Source: Vulcanimicrobiota bacterium (GTDB lineage Bacteria > Vulcanimicrobiota > Vulcanimicrobiia > Vulcanimicrobiales > Vulcanimicrobiaceae). From it: a stretch of 64,000 nucleotides of DNA. The position numbers were made by a program, and so were the translations under genes. Each line of letters begins with the position of its first letter. The stretch's first letter is position 1. The stretch spans positions 512,001 to 576,000 of the forward strand of contig CAVRQT010000002.1 in assembly GCA_963723515.1 (NCBI GenBank), in the 5' to 3' direction. Below the pieces are notes generated by a model. That model saw only the letters and a program-made list of their open reading frames with translations, did not search any database and had not been told where the DNA came from. This document shows, piece by piece, positions 9,720 to 20,039 of this stretch.

Positions 9720-11226
9720 ATGCCCTTCAACTCGCTGCACGATTTCGTCGACCGATTGCAACGCGCGGGCGAGCTGCAGATCGTAGCCGCACAGGTTGAC
9801 CCGCATCTCGAGATCAGCGAGATCAGCAATCGTGCGGTAAAGGCGGGCGGACCGGCACTGCTTTTCCAAAACGTGCGCGGTTCGCGATTCCCGGTGTTGA
9901 CGAACCAGTTCGGCACGCGCCGGCGCATGGCGATGGCATTCGAATCTGCTTCGTTGGACGAAGTCGCGGCGCGCATCCGGCGACTCCTCGATCTGCGCAT
10001 TCCAGCGACCTTGAGCGAACGTTTGCTCAAGCTTGCGTCGCTCGCTCCGCTCAGGAACCTCATTCCACGAACGGTGACGAACGCGCCCTGTCAAGAAGTC
10101 GTTCTCGAATCACCGAATCTGCGGGCGCTTCCGGCATTAACGACGTGGCCTTTGGATGCCGGGCCGTTCATCACGTTGCCGCTCGTCATCACGAAAGATG
10201 CGCGCAGCGGCGGTTACAACGCGGGAATGTACCGGATGCAGATCTTCGATGAGCGCACCGCCGCGATGCATTGGCAACGTCATAAGCAAGGCCGCTCGCA
10301 TGCCGCTGGGTGGGGCGATCGCATTCCGGTTGCGGTTGCAATTGGGACTGAACCGGTTCTGACGTACGCCGCGAGCGCACCGCTTCCGCCGGTCATCGAC
10401 GAATTTGCTTTCGCAGGCTTGCTGCGGCGAAAAGCCGTGCCGCTCGTCGGCATGCAAAACGATCGATCTGAAGGTGCCGGCCGAAGCGGAGTTCGTTCTT
10501 GAAGGGTACGTTGACAATCGCGATTTGCGCACCGAAGGGCCGTTCGGCGATCACACCGGCGTTTACAGTCTTGCCGATCAATATCCGGCGTTTCACGTTC
10601 AGTGCATGACGCATCGCAAGGACGCAATCTATCCGGCAACGGTCGTCGGCAAGCCGCCCATGGAAGACGCCTGGCTTGGAAAGGCGACCGAACGGATATT
10701 CTTGCCGCTGCTGCAGCTTATTCTGCCCGAAATCGTCGACATGAATTTGCCCGTCGAGGGCGGCTTTCATAACCTCGCGATCGTCTCGATCAAGAAAAGC
10801 TATCCCGGTCAAGCGAAAAAGGTCATGAACGCGCTGTGGGGCTTGGGTCATATGATGATGCTGACGCGCGTGCTCGTCATCGTCGATGAAGACGTCGACG
10901 TCCAAGACGTTCGTTACGCCGCGTGGTTCATTCTCAACAACCTCGAACCGCAACACGACGTCGTCATGATGCCCGGACCGGTTGATGATCTCGACCACGC
11001 ATCCTACACGCCGGCGCTCGGAATGAAGATCGGCATTGACGCAACGCGCAAAGGTCCAAGCGAAGGCTACACGCGGCCTTGGCCGCCCGACATGGAGATG
11101 GACGCTGCAACGCGCGAGCTCGTCGATCGGCGCTGGAAGGAGTACGGGCTCGATCGCATGCGCAGCTCGGAAGATGCGTGGTCCGGCCAGGGAGCGGCGG
11201 CGCTTCGCCGTTTGTTGCACAAATGA
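9720..11226 (+). CDS. UbiD family decarboxylase, menaquinone MqnL-like (frameshift near 10450)
   Basis: GPALLF, DAGPFITLP, NAGMYRMQ, EGPFGDHTG and KIGIDAT across two frames. Confidence 0.92.
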
Positions 11227-12086
11227 GTGCTGTGCGCGCTTTCTTCAGGGAGATACGCGTCGAGCATACGCTCTTCGCGTTGCCGTTCGCGTATGTCGGC
11301 GCAATCGTCGCCGCACACGGCTTGCCGTCTTGGCGCGCGTTGTTTTGGATCACGATCGCAACACTTGGCGCACGCACCGCGGCCATGGCGGCAAACCGCT
11401 ACTTCGATCGCGACATCGATGCACGCAATCCACGCACCGCGATGCGCGGATTGGCGAGCGGCAGGATCGACCCAAAGCTCATGGTCGTGCGCGATGCTTG
11501 CCGGGCTCGCCCTTTTGACGCTCGGCGCGGCGATGCTCGCGCCGCTGTGCCTGCGGCTGCTTCCGATCGCCGTGCTTGGCGTGTTGCTCTATCCGCTTTG
11601 CAAACGGTTTTGGTGGGGAAGTCACTTTGTGCTCGGCGCCGTGGACGCGTTGGCGCCGCTCGGCGGATACATCGCGGTCGCAAACACAATCAATCCGACC
11701 GCGCTGCTGCTCTTTGCCGCCGTGCTGCTGTGGGTCGCCGGTTTCGACATCGTCTACGCCCTGATGGATGTGAACGTCGATCGGGCGCAAGGGCTTGCGT
11801 TCGCTTCCGGCACGATTCGGCAACGGTGCCGCGTATGTGCTGCCGACCGCTCTTGCATGCCTTGATGGTTGCCGCGCTTGCCGTGGCCGGCTACCTTGCT
11901 CGTGCATCGTGGTGGTATTTCATCGGCGTTGCCGCGGCGGCAATCGTGTTGTTGCTCGAACGCCGTGAATTCATACGTGCACCGAACGTCTTTGTCCTGA
12001 ACGACCGAATCTTCGTGACGAACATGGCCTTCTCGGTTGCGTTTCTTGGGGACAACGGTGGCCGGTTTCGCGTTAAAATGAGGTGA
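11223..12086 (+). CDS. UbiA family polyprenyltransferase, MqnP-like (frameshifts)
   Basis: EHTLFALPFAY, ARTAAMAANRYFDRDIDARNPRT and WVAGFDIVYAL spread over several frames. Confidence 0.9.
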   Translation: MSAVRAFFREIRVEHTLFALPFAYVGAIVAAHGLPSWRALFWITIATLGARTAAMAANRYFDRDIDARNPRTAMRGLASGRIDPKLMVVRDACRARPFDARRGDARAAVPAAASDRRAWRVALSALQTVLVGKSLCARRRGRVGAARRIHRGRKHNQSDRAAALCRRAAVGRRFRHRLRPDGCERRSGARACVRFRHDSATVPRMCCRPLLHALMVAALAVAGYLARASWWYFIGVAAAAIVLLLERREFIRAPNVFVLNDRIFVTNMAFSVAFLGDNGGRFRVKMR

Positions 12087-13234
12087 CGTTGAGACGGCGA
12101 CATTTTTTGGCCGGATCCGCGGCCGCGATTTCAGCGGCCGGCGCGCGTCCCGCATTCGGCATCACCTTTTCGCAGCAGGTCACGATCGCCGTTGTCGCGC
12201 CGCTGACGGGACCGCAAAGCGACGCCGGCATGCAGATCGTCAACGGCGTTCAACAAGCAGTCGACGAGACGAACCGAATCACCGGCGCGCTCGACCGCGC
12301 CTTTGCGATCCGTTCGTTCGATGACCAAAATTCCAACGTCGGCGCGGTGATGGGAGCGCAATTTGCCGCATCCGATCCGACCGTGATCGCGACGGTCGGT
12401 CATCTGAGCGGTTCCGTGACCGCGACCGCTTTACCGCAGTATGCAAATGCGCGCATGCCGTTGATCGTGCCCGCCTCGAGCGCGGATATCATCACGAACC
12501 GTGGGTATCGCAACGTCTTCCGGCTGCCGACGAAGGACTCGGTTGAAGGGCAACTCTTTGCGCGCTACGTTATCCCAAAGGTTCGGCCGGCGCGTGCGGT
12601 TGCGCTAACGCCGGATGGCGATTACGGCCCAGATGTTGCGCAGGCATTCACGGGTGAAGCATCGGCTGAAAAAGTGTCCACGACGACGATCGCGATCGAT
12701 TCGAAGAACCCGAATCTGGCGGACGGCGCCAAACGCGTGCTCTCATTTACGCCGGACTATGTTTTTCTCGCCGGCAACGTGCAGACGCTGGGCCCAATCG
12801 TGCCGCTGTTGCGAACGCTCGGCTATAAAGGGAGCTTCGGCGCCTCTCAAGGCTTCTATACACGCGCGGCGGCGCAATATGCTAGCGAGCTTGCGGGAGC
12901 GCTCATTTCGACCTCGATGCCGCCGCTCGATCGCGTAACATCCGCCCTGCAGTATCTCGGCGATCTCAACTCGCGGTACGGTCAGGTCACGCCGCTGATT
13001 GCCTTTGGCTTTGCGGCCGCGCAGATTCCGATCGCCGCCTCCAGGCGAACCGGCAGCACCGACCGGCTCTCGATGATTCGCGCGCTGAGCACCGGCGGCT
13101 CGTTCGATACGCTGATCGGCTCGTTCAGTTTTTCATTCAGCGGAGATCCGATCGATCCGAACCTCTATTTTTACACCCTGGATAACGGCAATTTCAAGTA
13201 CGCCGGCGAGTCGCACCCAAGTTCAATACTCTAG
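12083..13234 (+). CDS. branched-chain amino acid ABC substrate-binding protein (Tat signal)
   Basis: RRHFL twin-arginine signal; APLTG, VGHLSG and DYG motifs of the LivK family. Confidence 0.9.
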   Translation: MTLRRRHFLAGSAAAISAAGARPAFGITFSQQVTIAVVAPLTGPQSDAGMQIVNGVQQAVDETNRITGALDRAFAIRSFDDQNSNVGAVMGAQFAASDPTVIATVGHLSGSVTATALPQYANARMPLIVPASSADIITNRGYRNVFRLPTKDSVEGQLFARYVIPKVRPARAVALTPDGDYGPDVAQAFTGEASAEKVSTTTIAIDSKNPNLADGAKRVLSFTPDYVFLAGNVQTLGPIVPLLRTLGYKGSFGASQGFYTRAAAQYASELAGALISTSMPPLDRVTSALQYLGDLNSRYGQVTPLIAFGFAAAQIPIAASRRTGSTDRLSMIRALSTGGSFDTLIGSFSFSFSGDPIDPNLYFYTLDNGNFKYAGESHPSSIL

Positions 13235-13290
13235 TAGGCGGAGCCAGAATCCGGCAGCTCTCGCGTACGATCGCGGCGATCGCACCGCCA

Positions 13291-13443
13291 TCAGCGGACG
13301 GCCGACCGTTCGCGCGGGACCGTCACATGGTGCGGCTTAGGATACTCGCGCGTCGCGTCGTCGTTCGCTTCTTCGAGCGAAAGCACGAAACGCAGTCGCC
13401 ATGCACCGAGCGTGATTGAAAATTTCGTTCCAATGAACTCCAT
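13291..13443 (-). CDS. 50-aa small protein at the end of the ABC operon
   Basis: MEFIGTKFSITLGAWRLRFVLSLEEANDDATREYPKPHHVTVPRERSAVR; GGAGG SD in the end of the upstream gene; below the ORF-track cutoff. Confidence 0.6.
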   Translation of the reverse strand: MEFIGTKFSITLGAWRLRFVLSLEEANDDATREYPKPHHVTVPRERSAVR

Positions 13444-13446
13444 GCT

Positions 13447-14456
13447 CTACGCCTCCAATCGCCGCCACTGACCGATCGAAGCCAGCAGCCCGACGGCTGT
13501 AATGATCCCGAGCGCCGCGATGCCGTAGCCCATCCCGGCGGGGACGCAGCGTGAAATCGGCCTCGCCTGTGAAGTCAATGCTGTAGAAGTATGCGACCGG
13601 ATTGACCGTATTGATGACGCGGGCGATCGTGCCGATGTTCAGCCAATTGATGTCTGTGCAGATCCCGGCAAAATCAGAGCGGCCGGCCACAAGATCGCCA
13701 GCGCAACGCGCGCTCGCCCGCCGTAGCGATGCGGTCGTTGCCATGACGAAGGCAAAGAACGCGAGCACGAAGACGATGCACCATGCGATGCGTCGCAAGC
13801 GTCCCGGCGTCCGCAGCAATGTGCCTCGGCGCAGACCGAAGATCGCCATCGCTGCAATCTCGACGACGACGCGTGATCGCCATCAACGCGAGCGCTGCTG
13901 CGAAGTCGACCGACAACGATTGACGGCAAGAGCGTATCCTTCGCGGCTGACCGGCTTCGTCCAAGCCAGCTCCAGATGCCCGTCGTTTTCGGCGCGAAAG
14001 ACTCAAGTCCCAAGATCGACGCGAAGATCGATACGAAGAACGCCGCGATGATGAAGAGGACGTCGAGCGGGATGCGGTTGCTGTTGTGAATGATCGTCGT
14101 CATGAGCTTGCCGTGCGCGGCTTTGCGAAATGGTAACCGTGCCGACCTGAGACTGTCTCGGTCTTCGCATCGCGTTCTTCGCCGGCTCCGTTACGTGACG
14201 GTCTGCACGTCGTTCGCATCGGTTCGCACGACGACGACGACTCCGGTCTTTGCCGTCAGTAGGTTCGTTACGCTGCTTCCATCCGGCGCGACGAGTGGAC
14301 GGCTCGCGTACGCCTGAAGGCGCCATGAAACTTTCGGTATTCATCTCACCGTGGCCCGAGAGCCGGCCGATAACGCATAGCACAAACAGCACGCCTAAAA
14401 TGATCAAGAAAGACGCGCATCACGCGCCACGCGCGCAATCTCTCAACGTAGTACAT
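13447..14456 (-). CDS. ABC transporter permease (several frameshifts)
   Basis: Reconstructed MYYVERLRAWRVMRVFLIILG...IGQWRRLEA; hydrophobic; follows the ABC ATPase. Confidence 0.75.
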
Positions 14457-14483
14457 CTAAAGCTTGCTCCTTTGGACGCGCTC

Positions 14484-15350
14484 TCAACGGCGCCCTAAAA
14501 AGATGTCTTCAAGGTTCAAGTCCAGCGTGCGCACGTCTCGAGCGCCGAGCTCCGCCATGCGCTTGGCGATGCCGTAGCTGTCACTGCGCACCGAGACGCG
14601 CAGAATGCGGCCGGTCCGCTCGATTCGTTGCACATCCGGATCCGAAGCGATCCCATCGATTGAAAACTGGTCGGACTCGAAGATGCCTTCGACGATCTTC
14701 CAGCCGCTCTTCAAATCATCAACGGCGCCGCTCAAGAGCAGCTTACCGTCTTTGAGGATCGCGATCGTTTCCGCCGCGCGCTCGACTTGTCCGATCTGAT
14801 GCGATGAAAAGATGATCGTCTTGCCTTGCGCGGACGCATCGATCATCAGTTTGAGAACCGCGCGTTGATTGACGGGATCGAGCCCCGTCGTCGGCTCATC
14901 GAGCACCAGAATGTCGGGATCGACCGCAAACGCCATGACGACTGCCGCGGCGGTGCGCATGCCCTTTGAGAGCGAGCGGACGCGCTTATGCGGATCGAGC
15001 GAAAATAGCGAAAGGAGATCAGCCGCGCGCTTCTCGTCGTAACGCGCAAACGCACGCCGCTGCATTTCAAGATGCTCGGCGATCGTCATCCAATCGTAGA
15101 GCACGCTGCGCTCCGGGATGTAGCCGATGCGTTCGAACATCTGCGGTTCGAGCGGCTCGCCTTCAAAAAAGACTTGCCCTGTATCGGGGCGCGCAAGTCC
15201 AAGCATGCACTTGAAGGCCGTCGTCTTGCCGGCGCCGTTCGGGCCTAAGAGACCGAAGACGCTGCCTTTTTCGATGTTAACGGTGAAGTCGCTTAGCGCC
15301 GCGACGCGGCCGTACGACTTCGAAAGATTTTGAATCGAGATCGTGCTCAT
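14484..15350 (-). CDS. ABC transporter ATP-binding protein (YtrB-like)
   Basis: GPNGAGKTT, LSKGM, LDEPT and SSH motifs. Confidence 0.96.
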   Translation of the reverse strand: MSTISIQNLSKSYGRVAALSDFTVNIEKGSVFGLLGPNGAGKTTAFKCMLGLARPDTGQVFFEGEPLEPQMFERIGYIPERSVLYDWMTIAEHLEMQRRAFARYDEKRAADLLSLFSLDPHKRVRSLSKGMRTAAAVVMAFAVDPDILVLDEPTTGLDPVNQRAVLKLMIDASAQGKTIIFSSHQIGQVERAAETIAILKDGKLLLSGAVDDLKSGWKIVEGIFESDQFSIDGIASDPDVQRIERTGRILRVSVRSDSYGIAKRMAELGARDVRTLDLNLEDIFLGRR

Positions 15351-15352
15351 CT

Positions 15353-15757
15353 TTAACTCGCTTCTTCCTTGGAAAACCAGCGCTCGAGCGTTTGCTCTAA
15401 GAGCGCGCTTATGGCGGTTCGGGAAAGGCCGAGCGATTTTGCTTCACGCACCGCATCGTTGAGCACATCGCCCGCGACGTCGTCTCGCGTTTTCGTTGCT
15501 ACATCTTGCGCGCCGTCCGTTCGCACAAAGGAGCCGCGGCCCGGCGAAGTTTCGATCACGGCGTCGCGCTCGAGATCGCGGTATGCCCGCGCGACGGTGT
15601 TCGGGTTGATCGTGAGCTCCAGTGCAAGCTGCTTGACCGTCGGCAGCTGCTCGCCAGGCGTTAAGGCGCCGACGGCGACCGAGCGTTTGACCTGCTCGAT
15701 CAACTGGAGGTAGATCGGAACACCGCTGCGCGGATCTACCGTGAAAACAGACGGCAT
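15353..15757 (-). CDS. GntR family regulator, YtrA subfamily
   Basis: PIYLQL...LPTVKQLA..INPNTVARAYRDLE..GRGSFV; may extend to ATG 15872 (strong SD) across a frameshift. Confidence 0.95.
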   Translation of the reverse strand: MPSVFTVDPRSGVPIYLQLIEQVKRSVAVGALTPGEQLPTVKQLALELTINPNTVARAYRDLERDAVIETSPGRGSFVRTDGAQDVATKTRDDVAGDVLNDAVREAKSLGLSRTAISALLEQTLERWFSKEEAS

Positions 15758-15909
15758 GGCGCTCTTAAGCCCGCGGTCCCCAACCGCTGAATAGACGAAT
15801 GCCGATGTCGGCGGGGCGAACGGGGCAGCGCAGCTCGACTGCGGAGCGGGACTCAGAACGGTAGGTTGTCATTTTAAGGGCCTCCTTCTGCCTAATACCA
15901 ACATGCTGT

Positions 15910-15954
15910 TGTACTAGTACACTAGTATAATAGCACGATTTTCCACTGTGTCAA
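15910..15954 (-). promoter_or_regulatory. promoter and YtrA-type operator
   Basis: TTGACA (15954-15949) with TGn-TATTAT, overlapped by the palindrome TACTAGT-AC-ACTAGTA. Confidence 0.75.
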
Positions 15955-15997
15955 CCCTTGAAAGAAAAATCTCGCGCCGGGTCGAAGAGTCAACTGC

Positions 15998-17389
15998 CAT
16001 GCCGTGACGGAGTTGTTTGCCGGGCGGTGGTCGCTGCGGTACCCGTGGCGAGCGAGCCGCCCTCTTCTTTACGATCCTCGTCGCGCCGCGCGGCGCTCGC
16101 GGTGATCGGTGGTTTCCTGCACGAGACGCTTGGGAATGTCAACAATCGCCGTGGTCGTCGTCGCGAGCGATGGTCTACGTCACGCTTGCGCGCGGGCAGC
16201 TGCTCGGAAGCAGCGTGCTCATCACGCGCACGCACTTTCCGCAGGTCTTTGAAGTCGTCGAGCGCTGCGCATCGCTCCTGCACGTGCCGATGCCGCTGAT
16301 CTTCGTTCGCGACGATATGTTCGTGCCGATCGTCGCCCTCGGTTTCGGCGAACCGTACTCGCTCGTGATCTCCAGCCACTGGCTCGACCACTTTCAAGAG
16401 GATGAGCTGACGTTCATGATCGGCCGCGAGCTCGGCCACGTTGCTGCCGGCCACACGCGGCTGACCTCGCTGCTCAGCGTGAACGGAAGAGAGAATGCGC
16501 TAGTCTCGATCATCTTCGGCGCTTGGCTGCGCCGGACGGAATACACCGCCGATCGCTTGGGTTGCTTTGCTGCGGTTCAGTCGATGCCGCTCGCAACGAG
16601 CGATCGCCGTCGCGACACTTCATCGATTCGCGCGCAACATCGACCTCGAAACCTTTTCTCGCCAAAAAGAAGATATGATCCGGCGATTCGATTTTGCGTC
16701 TCGGCGAGTGGTTTGCCGCGCAACCGTACGCAACGAATCGAATCGCGCAGCTGCGCGAGTTTTTTGCCTCGCAGCTCTACCGTTATTGGGAAGAGCGCTT
16801 GCTCAGCGACCGAGCGTCGTATGCCGCTCTTGGCCCGACGCCACGCTCCGGCGCCGTGCAGGGCGCGGATTGCGCCGGCTTTGGGCGCCGCATCGCGGCG
16901 CTCGCGATCGATCTCGTCCTCGTCGCCGCGCTCTCGCAAGCGATTCCGACGTTCTTCACCGCAAGTGCGCTCAAACGACAGTCACGTCACGGTAAAGATG
17001 ACGCCGCAAGAGATGCATAACGTTGAGAGCTTACGCTCCAACGCCCGTTGAACTGGATCTCGAAAGCGCTCCAGAGCACAAGCGGTACGTTCAGATTTCG
17101 ATATTTCGGTGCTCACCGGAATGCTGTTGAAGATTGCGATCTACAGTTTCATTCTCGTCACGATCGCCGGACAGACGTTCGGCATGATGATTCTTGGCGA
17201 TCAAGGTGACAACCAAACACTTTCGCCGGCCGCCGATTTGGCTTGCGCTCTGGCGCTATATCGGTGGCGATTCCGCTCGGTATCATCTCCTACGTTTTTG
17301 GATCCTTGATGCGCGTGCAACTGATCGACCATCTCTCCGGCACTCGCGTGGTGCGCTTGGAACGCGCCCTGGAACGAACGTCGTCCTAG
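15998..17389 (+). CDS. M48 peptidase-like domain fused to an RDD domain (frameshifts; start approximate)
   Basis: ELTFMIGRELGH and EYTADR (M48), then AGFGRRIAALAIDL and GQTFGMMI (RDD). Confidence 0.75.
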
Positions 17390-17421
17390 ACGCGAACGTC
17401 CGAGGGCACGCAGCTGCCTCT

Positions 17422-18024
17422 TCACTTGTTACGACGCTTGGAGTACTCATCGATACCCCTAGCAAGCAAGAAATAGACCACGATGATCCAGTAAATCGCA
17501 TACGATACAAGCGGCAGAAAGAATGCAAATATCAGAGCGGCCACGCGAACGTAGATGATAACGGTGAGTCGACGGCCGCCTTCTGTTGCGGAAAACGGAA
17601 CCTGCCCGCCATAGGCGTGCGACGCGATCAAGTGGTTAACGAGCGCTTTTCCAGCGAGGTTGGCCAACAAGGGTGTGAACGAATAGAGAACTGCGGCCGA
17701 CGGCAAGTTCGGGTACGTGCCCGCAACGTTCGTGGTGTACGGTATGGACGCGACCATCACTAGGAGGATGGCGTTGTACATCGTCGTCTTATGGTCAATC
17801 ACTTTGACATTGCGGAAGATCGCGCTGTGGAGACGCCAGTAATTCGTGATCACTCCAAAGCTGAGCAGGTACACCAACGCCTTCGGCCATTGCGCGATCA
17901 ACCGATACATCAGCTCTGTGTTGTTTCCCGACGAAACTATCGGTACCGCAAAGTTCAGAATAAGGAGCGTCGCGGCGATGGCGAAGATGCCGTCAGCGTA
18001 AGCCTCGATCCGGTGCTGATTCAC
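17422..18024 (-). CDS. TMEM175 family potassium channel
   Basis: RIEAYADGIFAIAATLLIL, YLLSF and W..H..F signatures. Confidence 0.9.
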   Translation of the reverse strand: MNQHRIEAYADGIFAIAATLLILNFAVPIVSSGNNTELMYRLIAQWPKALVYLLSFGVITNYWRLHSAIFRNVKVIDHKTTMYNAILLVMVASIPYTTNVAGTYPNLPSAAVLYSFTPLLANLAGKALVNHLIASHAYGGQVPFSATEGGRRLTVIIYVRVAALIFAFFLPLVSYAIYWIIVVYFLLARGIDEYSKRRNK

Positions 18025-18563
18025 TTCGTAACTTCTATTTGCAGCGCGTTATTGACGCGGTTGAAGTAGTTGAAGAGGCCGATCGTGCAGATGATTTCGA
18101 CGATCTGTCCATCATCGAAGTGGTTCCGTAAACCTTCCCAAACCGATTCCGGCATCGCCCGCGGCTCGCGCGTCATTGCGACAGCTGCCGCAAGCGCCGC
18201 TCGTTCGGCCGCCGAGAAACGCTCGCTGCGCGCGTAGTCCCAGAGTTCGTCGAGCATCGCATCCTCAACGCCGAGACGCCTTGCCAAGGCGCCGTGCGAG
18301 CTCATTCAATAGTCGCAATCGTTCAGCGCGGAAACGAGTACGACGCACAGTTCTTTGAGACGCTGCGGCACGGTGCCACCCTCGGTGACGGCCGCCATGT
18401 GCTCCGCTGCAGTGCGCATGATTTCCGGCCGCGCGGCGAGCGTGCGAAACATGTTTGGGTAGTTGCCGCGCCGTTCGTAAAATTGCTGGAGAACCGCCCG
18501 AGCTTCGGGCGGCGCGGACTGCGGCTCAATGGCGGGCAGCCGCGCCCGTCTGCTGCCGCTCAG
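18021..18563 (-). CDS. AhpD/carboxymuconolactone decarboxylase-like peroxidase, probable selenoprotein (CxxU)
   Basis: Two adjacent in-frame ORFs joined by TGA at 18308-18306: LKELCVVLVSALNDCDY-U-MSSH...FNYFNRVN; start uncertain (CTG 18563). Confidence 0.85.
18275..18293 (-). promoter_or_regulatory. candidate bacterial SECIS hairpin
   Basis: GGCGCCUU-GGC-AAGGCGUC; the apical loop begins with G 20 nt after the UGA. Confidence 0.65.
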
Positions 18564-18574
18564 AGTGGGCTTCT

Positions 18575-19974
18575 TTATCCTGCTCTGACCCAGCGCCGGA
18601 AGCGCGAGTCGCCTCGCACCGGATCCCAACGCGGATCAAGCGCGTACCACATACTCTCGTTTTTCGGCGGCGCGTGACGCAGGTACGCGAGAGCGCGATC
18701 CCGATTTCCGAGCGCGAGATAGACGAGCGCGATTTGATCGGGCGAAATCTCACGCGGATCGCGGCGAGCGCTTTGCAGTGCTGCGAGCGCGTCGTGCACC
18801 CGCCCGCGCCGCGCATACATCTCAGCCAGCAGAATTTCCGCGTCGGCACGGTGGTGCGCGAAGCGGCCGAGACGTTCAAAGCTCGCGGCCGCGCCCACGT
18901 AGTCGCGCATCTGCTCCTGTGCGAGTCCCTGGATCATGATGCTGTCGAGGTGCGTGCTATTCAGATCGAGCGCCTCACGCATGTAGCGCACGGCATCGCC
19001 GTAACGGCGATCGAAGTAGGCTTCCGTTCCCAGCCACGCGTTCGTCGCCGTCGCCGTCGGATCGAGGGTAATCGCGGCCTCGAGCTGCTCCCTGGACTCC
19101 GCCATGCGTCCTCTCATCAGCAACGATGTGCCGTACCATTCGTGCGCGAGGGCATAGTTGGGATTGAGCGCCAGTGCATGTTTGTACTCGTCATCCGATT
19201 TTGCCAGGCGGTGATCAAAGAGCTCTAAGACCATTGCATAAGAAGTCCGCGCTTCAGGTGAATTAGGATCGAGCCGGAGTGCGTGCAGCGCATTTACGCG
19301 TGCCTTGCGGGAAACATGCTGACACTCCATCGACGCGCAGCTATAGTCTTCGATCATCGAATACGCGTCGGCGAGGCCTGCGTAACCAAGTGCGCTATTT
19401 GGATCGGTCTTTACGACATCCTTAAAATAGCGAACGCTTTTCGCCAGCGCTTCCGAGCTGCGCAAGTTCCAATAATATCTGCCGAGCGCATATTCACGCG
19501 CGCCTTGAGCGCTCAAGCGCGGCGTTGTCACGCCCTGCGAATGGCTCGAACCGGCAGCGATCGTCATCAAGAGCACTGCCGCGGCGACCGCCGTCGGCCA
19601 GCGAAGGGCGCGCCGTGCGACCGGTAGCGGCGTTGCAAAGACGGCTTTAACATCAGCGACGAGACGATAGCCGCGCCTCGGTATCGTTTCAATGCGACAG
19701 GCGGCGTGGTGCGCCCGCATCATCTTGCGCAGCACGTAGATATTCTGAGACAGATTGGATTCTTCAACGTAGCCGTCCGGCCACACAATCTCCATAAGGC
19801 TGCTCTTTGGAAACAATTTCATTGCTGCGCTCTACGAGCGCGAGCAGCGTTTGAACCACTCGCGGCCCCAGCGCGAACCGGCTCACTGCCCGTACCGCAC
19901 GCAGCAACGGCGTAATTTCGAGCTCGAAACCAGTCAAACTCGTACGCGACCGGCAATCTCTCGAGCTGTTCCAT
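18575..19974 (-). CDS. winged-helix (OmpR/CadC-type) regulator with TM segment and TPR repeats (frameshifts at 5' end)
   Basis: VWPDGYVEESNLSQNIYVLRK and IETIPRRGYR; TPR repeats; LDPRWDPVRGDSRF tail. Confidence 0.88.
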
Positions 19975-20039
19975 CAATTTGACCCTTTTTTGAGGACAAG
20001 CGGCCGAATCTTCTGGCATCTTCTTACCGTACCAATACC

